Source: Thermodesulfobacteriota bacterium
GTDB lineage: Bacteria > DASVDK01
DNA: 64,000 nt
Reading direction: 5' to 3'
Assembly: GCA_036381125.1 (NCBI GenBank)
Contig: DASVDK010000177.1
Location: forward strand, 6,104-70,103
A program made the position numbers and the translations under genes. Shown in pieces: positions 28,018 through 37,532 of this stretch (position 1 is the stretch's first letter; the number at the start of each line of letters is the position of its first letter). The notes beneath the pieces are model-generated. The model saw only the letters and a program-made list of their open reading frames with translations, made no database searches and was not told the origin of the DNA.

Positions 28018-28771
28018 CGGTCGCCTCCTGGAGCGCTCGCCGGGCGATGCGCGTGACGAGCATCGTCGCGGCGAGCGTCGCGACGAGTCCCAGCGCCAGC
28101 ACCGCGTAGTATCCCACGCCTCGCGGCATCGCCGTGCCGGACGCCAGCCGCGCCAGGTCGCCGGCCACCGTGCCGTAGTACACGTAGAGGACCATGCCCG
28201 GAAGCATACCGACCGAGGCGACGAGGTAGTCGACGAAGCGGACGCGCGTGAGGCCGAGGGCGTAGTTCAGGACGGTGAAGGGAAAGACCGGCGACAGGCG
28301 CAGGAGCAGCACGATCGTCCGTCCGTTTCGCCCGATCGCCCGATCGATGGCGGCGAGCCGGTCGTCGCCCGCGAGCCGCCGCTCCACGGCCCCGCGGGCC
28401 GCGTATCGCGCGATCAGGAACGCGGCGCAGGCGCCCGCGGTGGCGCCGATGGCGACGTAGAGGATCCCCGCGAGGCCGAAGAGCGCCCCGGCCGCCAGGG
28501 TGAGGACCGAGCCGGGCACGAAGGCGACCGTCGCGAGCGCGTAGCCGACCACGAAGGCGGCCGGCGCGGCGCTGCCGAGGCGGTCCACCCAGCCGAGGAC
28601 CCACTCGACGTGCGCCCCGACCGCGTGGCCGAGGGCGAGCACGAGCGCGCCCAGGAGGGCGGCGCCGACGGCGGCCAGGGCGGTCCTGCGCCCGATCACG
28701 ACGCGTCTCCCATCGGTCGTGATGCTTGCACATGGCCGCGCCCTTGACAGGGCCGTCCGTCCCGACGGCAA
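27998..28771 (-). CDS. DedA/TVP38-TMEM64 family membrane protein
   Basis: Polytopic protein with the conserved …RLSPVFPFTVLNYALGLT… block. The start is uncertain and there is a 20 nt overlap with the reductase gene. Confidence 0.65.
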   Translation of the reverse strand: MPSGRTALSRARPCASITTDGRRVVIGRRTALAAVGAALLGALVLALGHAVGAHVEWVLGWVDRLGSAAPAAFVVGYALATVAFVPGSVLTLAAGALFGLAGILYVAIGATAGACAAFLIARYAARGAVERRLAGDDRLAAIDRAIGRNGRTIVLLLRLSPVFPFTVLNYALGLTRVRFVDYLVASVGMLPGMVLYVYYGTVAGDLARLASGTAMPRGVGYYAVLALGLVATLAATMLVTRIARRALQEATDAAAGR

Positions 28772-28944
28772 GCGCCGCCACGCCCGCGGCCGGCGGAGTC
28801 GGGCGCCCGACCGTCGTGACCATCGGGCCGGAGGGCCCGCCCCGGCCGGCGCGGTGGTTGCCGGGGGCTCCGGGCGCCGGCGGCCCTCCCGTCGACGGTC
28901 GTCCGGGCGGCCTGCGTCGTCCTCGCCGGCGCGAACCTCTCGCG

Positions 28945-28974
28945 GCTGCCGTGCCGGTTGCTGCCGTGCCGGTT
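28945..28974. repeat. perfect 15-bp tandem duplication GCTGCCGTGCCGGTT x2
   Basis: Seen directly in the DedA/SulP divergent intergenic region. Confidence 0.7.
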
Positions 28975-29046
28975 CATGTCGTACCCGGCGTTCCCCTCGG
29001 GCACCTGGCCTCGATCCCGCTCCGGCGTCTGCCCGGGCTCGTCGAG

Positions 29047-29075
29047 CATTGACACCATCACCGGGGCGCTGTACG
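29047..29075 (+). promoter_or_regulatory. sigma70-like promoter candidate TTGACA-N17-TACGCT upstream of the sulfate permease
   Basis: Hexamers and spacing seen directly. It lies about 110 nt upstream of the SulP ATG. Confidence 0.35.
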
Positions 29076-29185
29076 CTCCCGCCGCCATTCGGTCACTCGC
29101 GGAGTCAGGTCGCTCGACCGCGTCGTCAGTCATTCGTATCGCAAAGTCAGGCACCGGGACCGCGCTCGCCGCAGGAAGGCCCCTC

Positions 29186-30898
29186 ATGTTCATCCCCAAG
29201 CTCGTGGTCACCTTGCGGGAGGGGTACACCCGCGCCCAGTTCACGTCCGACGTCGTCGCCGGGGTCATCGTCGGCATCGTCGCGCTGCCGCTCGCGATGG
29301 CGTTCGCCATCGCCTCCGGCGTGCCGCCCGAGCGCGGCCTCTACACGGCCATCGTGGCGGGGTTCCTCATCTCGGCGCTCGGCGGCAGCCGGGTGCAGAT
29401 CGGCGGGCCGACCGGCGCCTTCGTCGTGATCGTCGGCGCCATCGTCCACCAGTACGGCTACACGGGGCTCGCCGTCGCCACGTTCATGGCCGGCCTGGTG
29501 CTGATCGGCATGGGCATCGCGCGGCTCGGCGGCACCATCAAGTTCATCCCCTTCCCCGTGACGACCGGCTTCACCTCCGGGATCGCCGTCATCATCTTCT
29601 CCTCGCAGATCAAGGACCTCCTCGGGCTCCGGATGGCCGAGGTCCCGCTCGAGTTCGTCGAGAAGTGGGAGGCCTACTGGGCGAACCTCGCGACCGTTTC
29701 CTGGCCGACCGCGGCGCTCTCGGCCGGGTGCCTCGCCCTGATCCTGCTGTGGCCGAGGGTCACCCGGCGGATACCGGGCGCGGTGGTCGTGCTCGTGGTC
29801 GCGACCGCCGCGTCGGCGGCCCTCGGGCTGCCGGTGGAGACGATCGGCTCGCGATTCGGGCAGATCCCGCACGGGCTCCCCGAGCCCGAGGTGCCCGCCA
29901 TCGGGGTGACCGAGGTCCTCGACCTCGTCGGGCCGGCGCTCACCATCGCCATGCTGGCCGCGATCGAGTCGCTCCTCTCGGCCGTCGTGGCCGACGGCAT
30001 GATCGGCGGCCGCCACAAGTCGAACATGGAGCTGGTGGCCCAGGGCGTGGCCAACATCGCGTCGCCGATCTTCGGCGGCATCCCCGCCACGGGGGCCATC
30101 GCCCGCACCGCCACCAACGTGAAGAACGGGGCGCGGACGCCGGTGGCCGGAATCGTGCACGCGCTGACGCTCCTGCTCATCCTCGTCGCCTTCGGCGGGC
30201 TCGCGAAGTACGTGCCGCTCGCCGCGCTCGCCGCCATCCTCGTCGTGGTGTCGTACAACATGAGCGAGTGGCGCTCGTTCCGGGCGCTCCTGCGCGGGCC
30301 GAGGAGCGACGTCGCGGTCCTCCTGGCCACCTTCGGCCTCACGGTCCTCGTGGACCTCACGGTCGCCGTGGCGGTCGGCATGGTCCTCGCGGCCTTCCTC
30401 TTCATGAAGCGGATGGCGGACGTGACGGACATCCACGCGATCACCAAGGAGTTCCGCGAGGCCGACGACCTGAACGGCGCCGACCCGATGTCGATCGAGA
30501 AGCGGACGGTACCGAAGGAGGTCGAGGTCTACGAGGTGAACGGGCCCTTCTTCTTCGGCGTGGCCGACCGGGTGAAGGACATCCTGTCGGTCATCGGCAC
30601 GCCGCCGCGGGTCTTCATCCTGCGCATGCGCAACGTGCCGGCCATGGACGCGACCGGGATGAACGCCCTCATGGACCTCCACGCCAAGTGCGTGCGCCAG
30701 GGCACGACGCTCATCCTGTCGGGCATCCACGCCCAGCCGCTCGTCGCGCTCGAGAAGTCGGGCAACGTCGAGCGGATCGGCCGCGAGAACCTCGCCGCCG
30801 ACATCGACGCGGCGCTCGCCCGCGCCCGCGACATCCTCGAGGGGCGGGTCCCCGAGGTCGCCGCCCGCGCGCCCGCCGCCGCGCCGACGCACCGGTAG
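29186..30898 (+). CDS. SulP-family sulfate/anion permease with C-terminal STAS domain
   Basis: MFIPKLVVTLREGYTRAQFTSDVVAGVIVGIVALPLAMAFAIASGV… followed by a STAS domain. SD aggaagg. Start is internal to the 646 aa track ORF. Confidence 0.85.
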   Translation: MFIPKLVVTLREGYTRAQFTSDVVAGVIVGIVALPLAMAFAIASGVPPERGLYTAIVAGFLISALGGSRVQIGGPTGAFVVIVGAIVHQYGYTGLAVATFMAGLVLIGMGIARLGGTIKFIPFPVTTGFTSGIAVIIFSSQIKDLLGLRMAEVPLEFVEKWEAYWANLATVSWPTAALSAGCLALILLWPRVTRRIPGAVVVLVVATAASAALGLPVETIGSRFGQIPHGLPEPEVPAIGVTEVLDLVGPALTIAMLAAIESLLSAVVADGMIGGRHKSNMELVAQGVANIASPIFGGIPATGAIARTATNVKNGARTPVAGIVHALTLLLILVAFGGLAKYVPLAALAAILVVVSYNMSEWRSFRALLRGPRSDVAVLLATFGLTVLVDLTVAVAVGMVLAAFLFMKRMADVTDIHAITKEFREADDLNGADPMSIEKRTVPKEVEVYEVNGPFFFGVADRVKDILSVIGTPPRVFILRMRNVPAMDATGMNALMDLHAKCVRQGTTLILSGIHAQPLVALEKSGNVERIGRENLAADIDAALARARDILEGRVPEVAARAPAAAPTHR

Positions 30899-31081
30899 CG
30901 CCGCGCCGGCGCCTCGGTATCCGGGTCGGATGGGGCCTCTCACCACAGGGAGCTCCTCGCCCCGGCCGTCGCGCGAGCCGCGTGCCGAGCAGGCGTGCGC
31001 CCCCGGCGGTCACTGCGCTCGTCCCCGCGCACCGGCCGCAAGCGGCAGGCCCTGTCTCCGAACGTCCCCGGCGTCGTGCGC

Positions 31082-31450
31082 TCAGCGGTGCTCGTAGCGC
31101 TCGACTGTCAGGGCGTAGTCGTTCGACAGGACTTCCTCGAGGCGGCGAACGAGGCCGTCGATCTCGGCGCGCACCTCCGGCCGCCTGCCGTCGGCGCGCC
31201 TCAGACCGAAGTTGACCAGGTATCCCACCGGCCGGTTCTTCGTCGCGGTCGTATACCAGCACGTGGAGATCGTCACGGGCTCCTCGATGCTCGCCAGGCG
31301 CCGCGTGAAGTATCGGCAGTTCGCGGGCTGCTGGGTGATGCGAATCTCCTCCGCGTCGCCGAGGCGGAGGACGGCTTGCGCCAGCGTCTCGTCCGGTCGA
31401 GGCGGCAGCACGCTCGACCGCACGCCGGCGTTGCAGGTAGGGGCGTGCAC
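31082..31450 (-). CDS. hypothetical small protein downstream of glgP
   Basis: An open frame after the glgP stop with no recognisable family. Start codon choice (GTG) is weak. Confidence 0.3.
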   Translation of the reverse strand: MHAPTCNAGVRSSVLPPRPDETLAQAVLRLGDAEEIRITQQPANCRYFTRRLASIEEPVTISTCWYTTATKNRPVGYLVNFGLRRADGRRPEVRAEIDGLVRRLEEVLSNDYALTVERYEHR

Positions 31451-31470
31451 GCCGCGACCGATGCCAGCAC

Positions 31471-33975
31471 CTACGCGATCCCCCAGATCCCCCTGGCGTA
31501 CTCGAGGATCGTCCGGTCGCTCGAGAAGAAGCCGGCGCGCGCGATGTTGACGAGGGCGGAGCGGGCCCAGCCGTGCCGGTCGGCGTAGCGCTGCACGGCC
31601 TGCGACTGCGCCGCCGCGTAGGCCGGCAGGTCGGCCAGGACGAAGTAGCGGTCGCCGTGGACCATGAGCGCGTCGTGAATGGGGGCGAAGAGCGAGGGGT
31701 CGCCGCCGTTCAGCCAGCGGCTCCGGAGCGCCTCCACCGCCTGGGCGACCTCGGGATGGCGGCTCGCCACCTCGGCCGGACGGTAGCTGCCGGCCGACCG
31801 CATCGCGGCCACCTCCTCGGTCCTGAGGCCGAAGATGAAGATGTGCTCGGGGCCCACGCGCTCGAGGATCTCGACGTTCGCGCCGTCGAGCGTGCCGATC
31901 GTCAGCGCCCCGTTCATCTGGAACTTCATGTTCCCGGTGCCGGAGGCCTCGTGGCCGGCGGTGGAGATCTGCTCGGACAGGTCGGCGGCCGGAATGATCT
32001 TCTCGGCGAGCGACACGCGGTAGTTCGGGACGAACACGACCGAGAGCCGGCCGCGGCAGTCGGGGTCGGCGTTGATCACCTCGCCGAGCCGCGTGAGGAG
32101 CCGGATGACGAGCTTGGCCATGTGGTAGCCCGGCGCGGCCTTCGCCGCGAACACGAACGTCTGCGGCTGCACGTAGTCGCGCGGCCTGGCCTTGATGCGC
32201 TGGTAGAGCACGAGGATGTGCAGCGCGTTGAGGAGCTGTCGCTTGTACTCGTGGAGCCGCTTCACCTGGACGTCGAAGAGCGAGTCGGGCTCGACGGCGA
32301 CCCTGCACTCCTGCCGGATGATCGCGGCGAGCTGCTCCTTCTTGCGCCGCTTGACCGCGAGGAACTCGCTCCGGGTGTCGAAGTCGTCGGCGTAGGGCTC
32401 GAGGCGCGCGAGCTGCTCGAGGTCGGTCACCCAGCGGTCGCCGATGCGGCTCGTGATGAGCGCGGACAGCTCGGGGTTCGCCGCGAGGAGCCACCGGCGC
32501 GGCGTCACGCCGTTGGTCTTGTTGCTGAAGCGCTCGGGCCAGAGCTCCGCGAAGTCGGGGACGAGCTGGGTCGCGACGAGGCGCGAGTGGAGCGCCGACA
32601 CGCCGTTCACCGCGTGGCTCCCCGCGATGGCGAGGTTGGCCATGCGGGCGCGCTTCTCGTTCCCCTCCTCGATGAGCGACATGCGGCGCAGCCTCGCCGG
32701 GTCGTTCGGCCAGCGGCGCCGCACCTCGGCGAGGAGCCACTCGTTGATGTCGTAGATGATCTGGAGGTGGCGGGGGAGGAAGCGCGAGACCATCTCGATC
32801 GGCCAGCTCTCGAGCGCCTCGGGCATGAGCGTGTGGTTCGTGTAGCCGAACGTCCGCGTCGTGAGCTGCCAGGCCTCGTCCCAGTCGAGCCCTTCCTCGT
32901 CGAGGAGGACGCGCATCAGCTCCGGGATCGCCAGCGCGGGGTGGGTGTCGTTCAACTGGATCGCCACCTTGTCGGCGAACTCGAGCAGGTACGGGTCGCC
33001 GGGCCGCTCGCGCTTGTAGCGGCGGACGATGTCCTGGACGGCGCACGCGACGAAGAAGTACTCCTGCTTGAGGCGCAGCTCCTGGCCGCTGCGCACGGAG
33101 TCGGACGGGTAGAGGATCTTCGAGATCGTCTCGGAGAGCGCCTTGTCCTCGACGGCGCCCACGTAGTCGCCCCGGTTGAACTTGACGAGGTCGAGCTCGT
33201 TCGAGGCCTTGGCGGCCCAGAGCCGCAGGCGGTTGACGGTCTTGCCGCCGTAGCCGACGATCGGCATGTCGTACGGGACGCCGAGGATCGTCTCGCCCCC
33301 CACCCATCGGGGGCGGTAGCGGCCCCGGGCGTCGACGTCGTCCTCGAGCCGCCCGAAGAACCTGACGGTGACCGTGTCGTCGGGGCGCACGACCTCCCAC
33401 GGGTTGCCGTACCGCAGCCAGTGGTCCGGGTCCTCCACCTGGAACCCGTCGACGATCCGCTGCTCGAACATCCCGTACTCGTACCGGAGGCCGTAGCCGT
33501 GCCCCGGCAGCCCGAGCGTGGCGAGCGAGTCGAGGAAGCAGGCGGCGAGGCGGCCGAGGCCTCCGTTGCCGAGCCCCGCGTCCAGCTCCTCCTCCAGCAC
33601 GTCGTCGAGGTCGACGCCGAGGTCGGCGAGGATCTCGCGCGCCGTGTCGCGGATGCCGAGGTTGATGAGGTTGTTGCCGAGCAGGCGGCCGACCAGGAAC
33701 TCCATCGACAGGTAGTAGACCTGCTTGCGATCGGCGGCCCGGGTCTCCTGCTCGGTGCGCAGCATCCGCTCGACGAGGCGGTCGCGCACGGTGAGCGAGA
33801 GGCTCACGAGCCGGTCGAGGTTGGTCGACTCGCTCCACCGCTTGCCGAGCGCGCACTTGAGGTAGCGGATGAACGAGCGCTCGATCGCCGCACGGTCGGT
33901 GCCGAGCGAGGCCTCCTGCCAGATGGCCGGTTCGCTGGCGAACGGCGACGAGGTACGGGTGACGGCGCGGCTCAT
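31471..33975 (-). CDS. glgP: glycogen/alpha-glucan phosphorylase
   Basis: 834 aa with the PLP-binding region …EASGTGNMKFQMNGALTIGTLDGANVEI…. Phosphorylase-like along its whole length. Confidence 0.95.
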   Translation of the reverse strand: MSRAVTRTSSPFASEPAIWQEASLGTDRAAIERSFIRYLKCALGKRWSESTNLDRLVSLSLTVRDRLVERMLRTEQETRAADRKQVYYLSMEFLVGRLLGNNLINLGIRDTAREILADLGVDLDDVLEEELDAGLGNGGLGRLAACFLDSLATLGLPGHGYGLRYEYGMFEQRIVDGFQVEDPDHWLRYGNPWEVVRPDDTVTVRFFGRLEDDVDARGRYRPRWVGGETILGVPYDMPIVGYGGKTVNRLRLWAAKASNELDLVKFNRGDYVGAVEDKALSETISKILYPSDSVRSGQELRLKQEYFFVACAVQDIVRRYKRERPGDPYLLEFADKVAIQLNDTHPALAIPELMRVLLDEEGLDWDEAWQLTTRTFGYTNHTLMPEALESWPIEMVSRFLPRHLQIIYDINEWLLAEVRRRWPNDPARLRRMSLIEEGNEKRARMANLAIAGSHAVNGVSALHSRLVATQLVPDFAELWPERFSNKTNGVTPRRWLLAANPELSALITSRIGDRWVTDLEQLARLEPYADDFDTRSEFLAVKRRKKEQLAAIIRQECRVAVEPDSLFDVQVKRLHEYKRQLLNALHILVLYQRIKARPRDYVQPQTFVFAAKAAPGYHMAKLVIRLLTRLGEVINADPDCRGRLSVVFVPNYRVSLAEKIIPAADLSEQISTAGHEASGTGNMKFQMNGALTIGTLDGANVEILERVGPEHIFIFGLRTEEVAAMRSAGSYRPAEVASRHPEVAQAVEALRSRWLNGGDPSLFAPIHDALMVHGDRYFVLADLPAYAAAQSQAVQRYADRHGWARSALVNIARAGFFSSDRTILEYARGIWGIA

Positions 33976-33984
33976 CGGGCGTAT

Positions 33985-34002
33985 CCTCCGGACGGCCGGA
34001 GG
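33985..34002 (-). promoter_or_regulatory. SD-sequestering hairpin CCUCCGG-N4-CCGGAGG at the glgP ribosome binding site
   Basis: A 7-bp GC-rich inverted repeat. On the mRNA its 3' arm contains the GGAGG SD located 9 nt from the AUG, and its 5' arm is the anti-SD mimic CCUCC. Confidence 0.4.
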
Positions 34003-34097
34003 GTAGTGAGAGGGGGGGCCGCTGTCAACCAGGCCGACAGCCGGGCGCGGGAAAGTGCTTTCCGAACGCCTGCGAAGTGTAATAAAGTCGGCAGTCG

Positions 34098-35009
34098 ATG
34101 GCCCGGCCGATCAAGCTGTCGGTTGTCATCCCGACCTACAACCGGGGCTGGCGGATCGTCCAGTGCCTCGACGCGCTGGCCCGGCAGGCGGGCGGCTGGG
34201 ACGAGGCCGAGGTCATCGTCGTCGACGACGGGTCGACGGACGATACGCTCGATCGGCTGCGGAGCTACCCGCCGCCCCCCTTCCGCCTTCGGGTGCTCAC
34301 GAAGCCCAACGGAGGGTGCGGGAGCGCCCGGAACCTCGGGCACGCGAAGGCGCGAGGCGAGTGGGTGGCCTGCCTGGACGACGACTGCGTCGTCCCGCCC
34401 GACTGGCTCCGGACGGCGCTGGCGGCCATTGCCGCGAACCCCGATGCGGCCGCCGTCGGCGGTCTCGTCGAACCGATCTCGGCCGACGGTCTGGTGAGCC
34501 GGTACACCCGCGCGCGCCGCGTCCTGGCCGGTCCGTCGATCATCGGGGATCGGGTGGTCGCGGTCGTCACCGCCAACGCGCTCTTCCGCAAGGCGTCCCT
34601 CGACGCCATCGGCGGGTTCGACGAGCGCTTCCGATTCCCGGGGGGCGAGGACGTGGACGTGTGCCAGCGCCTCCTGGCCGCCGGGGGCCGCCTGGTCGCC
34701 GACACGCGCCTGGTCGTGCGTCACCACCACCGGCAGGGGCTGCGTCCGCTGCTCGCCCAGGTCTACTGGTACGGACACGGGTCGGGGCTGCTCAACTGCA
34801 AGGCGCGGCGCCGGCCGCTGCGGCTGCACGCGCCGGTCAAGGCCCTCTCCGCCGCGGGTTTTCTCCTGATGACGCCCCTCTACGCCGCCCGGTACGCGGC
34901 CAGTCGGGCCGATCGCCTCGAGGGCGCCGCCTTCGGCTGCATCGAGGGCTTCAGGCGAGCCGCCTACGCGCTCGGCAAGGCCCGCGGGCTCTGGCGGGGC
35001 TTCGCCTGA
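34098..35009 (+). CDS. family 2 glycosyltransferase
   Basis: LSVVIPTYNR…VIVVDDGSTDDT…ACLDDD (DxD) defines a GT-A fold. Confidence 0.85.
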   Translation: MARPIKLSVVIPTYNRGWRIVQCLDALARQAGGWDEAEVIVVDDGSTDDTLDRLRSYPPPPFRLRVLTKPNGGCGSARNLGHAKARGEWVACLDDDCVVPPDWLRTALAAIAANPDAAAVGGLVEPISADGLVSRYTRARRVLAGPSIIGDRVVAVVTANALFRKASLDAIGGFDERFRFPGGEDVDVCQRLLAAGGRLVADTRLVVRHHHRQGLRPLLAQVYWYGHGSGLLNCKARRRPLRLHAPVKALSAAGFLLMTPLYAARYAASRADRLEGAAFGCIEGFRRAAYALGKARGLWRGFA

Positions 35010-35047
35010 GCGCGAAGGCCCACGCGGCGCCCGCTATACTTCGGGCC

Positions 35048-35710
35048 ATGCGACCCCCGTCCGTCCGTCCGGCCGTGGATGACCCGGCGTTCTGGGAGGC
35101 CCTCTACGCGAGCGGCCGCGACGGCTGGGACCTCGGCGGCCCGACGCCGATCCTCGAGCGGGTGATCGGCGAGGGGGCGCTTCCCCCCGGCGCCCGCGTG
35201 GCCGTGCCGGGGTGCGGCCGCGGGTACGACGCTCGCCTGCTCGCCGACCTGGGATACCCGACATGGGGCTTCGACTTCGCCCCCAGCGCGGTGGCCGAGG
35301 CGCGGCGGCTCGCCGGCGCCGCGTTCGCGGCCTCGGGGCCAGGCCCCGCGCCGCTCGTCTTCGAGTCGCGCGACGTCTTCACCCTGCCCGGCGCCTACGA
35401 CGGGGCCTTCGACGCGGTCTGGGAGTACACATGCTTCCCGGCCATCGACCCGGCGCGCCGCGCCGAGTACGTCGAGGTACTGCGGCGGATCCTCGCGCCG
35501 GGCGGTCGCCTGCTCGCCCTCTTCTTCCCGGTGGAGGAGGCCCCGCGCAGCGAGGGGCCGCCCTTCGCCTCGACGCGGGGCGAGGTCCGCGCGCTGCTCG
35601 AACGGGCGTTCCGGATCGACGCGGCGGAGGATCCGCCCGACTCGATCCCGCTGCGGCGGGGCAAGGAGTGGCTCGTACGGGCGACGCGGCTGGACCAGGA
35701 CCCATGGTGA
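35048..35710 (+). CDS. SAM-dependent methyltransferase, thiopurine S-methyltransferase (TPMT)-like
   Basis: FWEALYASGRDGWDLGGPTPIL…RVAVPGCGRGYDARLLADLGY…VWEYTCFPAI is the TPMT-family pattern. ATG at 35048. Confidence 0.7.
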   Translation: MRPPSVRPAVDDPAFWEALYASGRDGWDLGGPTPILERVIGEGALPPGARVAVPGCGRGYDARLLADLGYPTWGFDFAPSAVAEARRLAGAAFAASGPGPAPLVFESRDVFTLPGAYDGAFDAVWEYTCFPAIDPARRAEYVEVLRRILAPGGRLLALFFPVEEAPRSEGPPFASTRGEVRALLERAFRIDAAEDPPDSIPLRRGKEWLVRATRLDQDPW

Positions 35711-35815
35711 GCGTGGCCATCGGGCAACCTTGGGGCGCGAATGGCGAGACTTCCAGAATGGATGCCAGACGGATGCTGGGCGAGCGCGCCCGACCTGTCG
35801 GCGAGGCGGCAGCCC

Positions 35816-36710
35816 GATGAGCCGTTCGGAAGCGCCCCCGCGCGCGGTCGCCGACCTGGCCGATCGGGTCTCGACCGAGGGGGGCCAGGTCGTCGGGGTA
35901 TACCGCGAGCCGGTGGGCGGCCACTGGCACGTCTTCGCCCTGATCCCGGTCGACCGGCTCGAGCCGACGCCGTTCCAGCGCGATCGCTCGAAGCCGCACG
36001 TCGAGCGCCTGCGGACCGTGATCGCCCGGCTCGACCGCTTCGTGGACCCCCTCGTGGCCGTCCCGGCGCCGGAGCCGGGGCGCTACTGGGTGCCGAACGG
36101 CAGCCACCGGCTCGCGGCGCTCGAGAAGCTCAGGGCGCGGCGGGCGCCGGTGATCCTCGTGCCCGAGGTCGACACCGCCTACGAGATCCTCGCCCTCAAC
36201 ACCGAGAAGGCCCACACGCTCAAGGAGAAGTCGCTCGAGGTCGTCCGGATGCTCCGGGGCCTGGCCGAGGCGCGCCCGCGCGCCACCGAGGCGTCGCTGG
36301 CCGCGGTCTTCGAGGCGCCCCACTTCGCCACGCTCGGCCTTCTCTACGAGGCGAAGCCGCGCTTCGCCGGCGGCGCGTTCGCCCCCATCCTCCGGCGGGT
36401 GGACCGGTTCCTCGACCTCACGCTCCCGAAGGCGCTCGCCGAGCGGGAGCGCCGGGCAGACCTCGTCTCCACCGCGGACGACCACCTCACCGCGCTCGTG
36501 GCGAAGCTCAGGCGCCGAGGCGTCACGCATCCGTACGTCAAGCCCTATCTCCTCGCCCGCTGCTCGCCGCTCACGCGCGCTCGCAAGCGGCTCCCCTCGT
36601 TCGACCAGACCTTCGAGCGGCTGGCCGAGGCGCTCGCGGCCTTCGACGTGGCCTCGGTGCGCGCGGACGCCATCGCGCGCGCGGCCATGGCCCCTCCGGC
36701 CGCCGAGTAG
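35816..36710 (+). CDS. ParB/sulfiredoxin-fold (ParB N-terminal nuclease-like) domain protein
   Basis: IPVDRLEPTPFQRDRSKPHVERLRTVIARLDRF…VPNGSHRLAALEKL resembles ParB-N box motifs, followed by a helical C-terminal region. Confidence 0.6.
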
Positions 36711-36749
36711 GCCGAGCATCCGCCCGCGCTGCCGGGTACAATCGCCTCC

Positions 36750-37532
36750 ATGCCGACCGACCTCGACCTTGCACGCGCGCTCACCACCGCTCGCCGGGCC
36801 GTCTCCGCCGCCGCCGAGGCGAGCCTCAAGTACTTCCGGCGCGGCGTCGCCGTGGAGACCAAGCCGGACCGCACGCCGGTCACCGCGGCCGACCGGGAGG
36901 CCGAGGCCGCCATCGTGGCCGTCATTCGCGACGCCTTCCCCGACCACGGGATCCTCGGCGAGGAGAGCGGGGTGCACGCGGCCGGCTCGGCCTGCCGCTG
37001 GATCGTCGATCCCCTCGACGGCACCCGCGGCTTCAGCCGGGGCGGCATCTTCTGGGGGCCGCTCGTGGCGCTCGAGCAGCGCGGCGAGATCGTCGCCGGC
37101 GCCATGGCGCTGCCGGTGCTCGGCGAGACCTACTGGGCCGCGAAGGGGCAGGGCGCCTTCCGCAACGGGGAGCGGCTGCGCGTCTCGAGCATCGCCGACT
37201 GGCGCGAGGCGACGGTGAGCTTCGGCGAGCTCGGCCGCCTGCTGGAGCCCCCGTACCAGGGCGGCGTCGGCGAGCTGGCCCGAACGGCCGCCTCGGCGCG
37301 CTGCTACGGCGACCTGGCCGGAGCCGTCCTCGTCCTGACCGGTCGGGCCGAGGCCTGGATCGAGTGCGGGGTCAAGGTCTGGGACGTGGCCCCCGTGAAG
37401 ATCCTGGTCGAGGAGGCGGGGGGGCGCTTCACGGACATGGCCGGGGCGGGCTCGGTCGAGAGCGGCCACGCCGTCGCCACCAACGGCCGCGTCCACGACC
37501 ACGTGCTGCGGACCCTGCGCGCCGGGGCCTAG
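36750..37532 (+). CDS. inositol monophosphatase family protein (IMPase/CysQ/HisN-like)
   Basis: EESG…WIVDPLDGTRGF…WDVAP metal-binding motifs. Confidence 0.8.
   Translation: MPTDLDLARALTTARRAVSAAAEASLKYFRRGVAVETKPDRTPVTAADREAEAAIVAVIRDAFPDHGILGEESGVHAAGSACRWIVDPLDGTRGFSRGGIFWGPLVALEQRGEIVAGAMALPVLGETYWAAKGQGAFRNGERLRVSSIADWREATVSFGELGRLLEPPYQGGVGELARTAASARCYGDLAGAVLVLTGRAEAWIECGVKVWDVAPVKILVEEAGGRFTDMAGAGSVESGHAVATNGRVHDHVLRTLRAGA

Noticed and set aside
31082-31450. Assigning the small post-glgP ORF to a nuclease family (PD-(D/E)xK or YraN-like)
   Set aside because: Motif resemblance was too weak to support, so it is kept as hypothetical.
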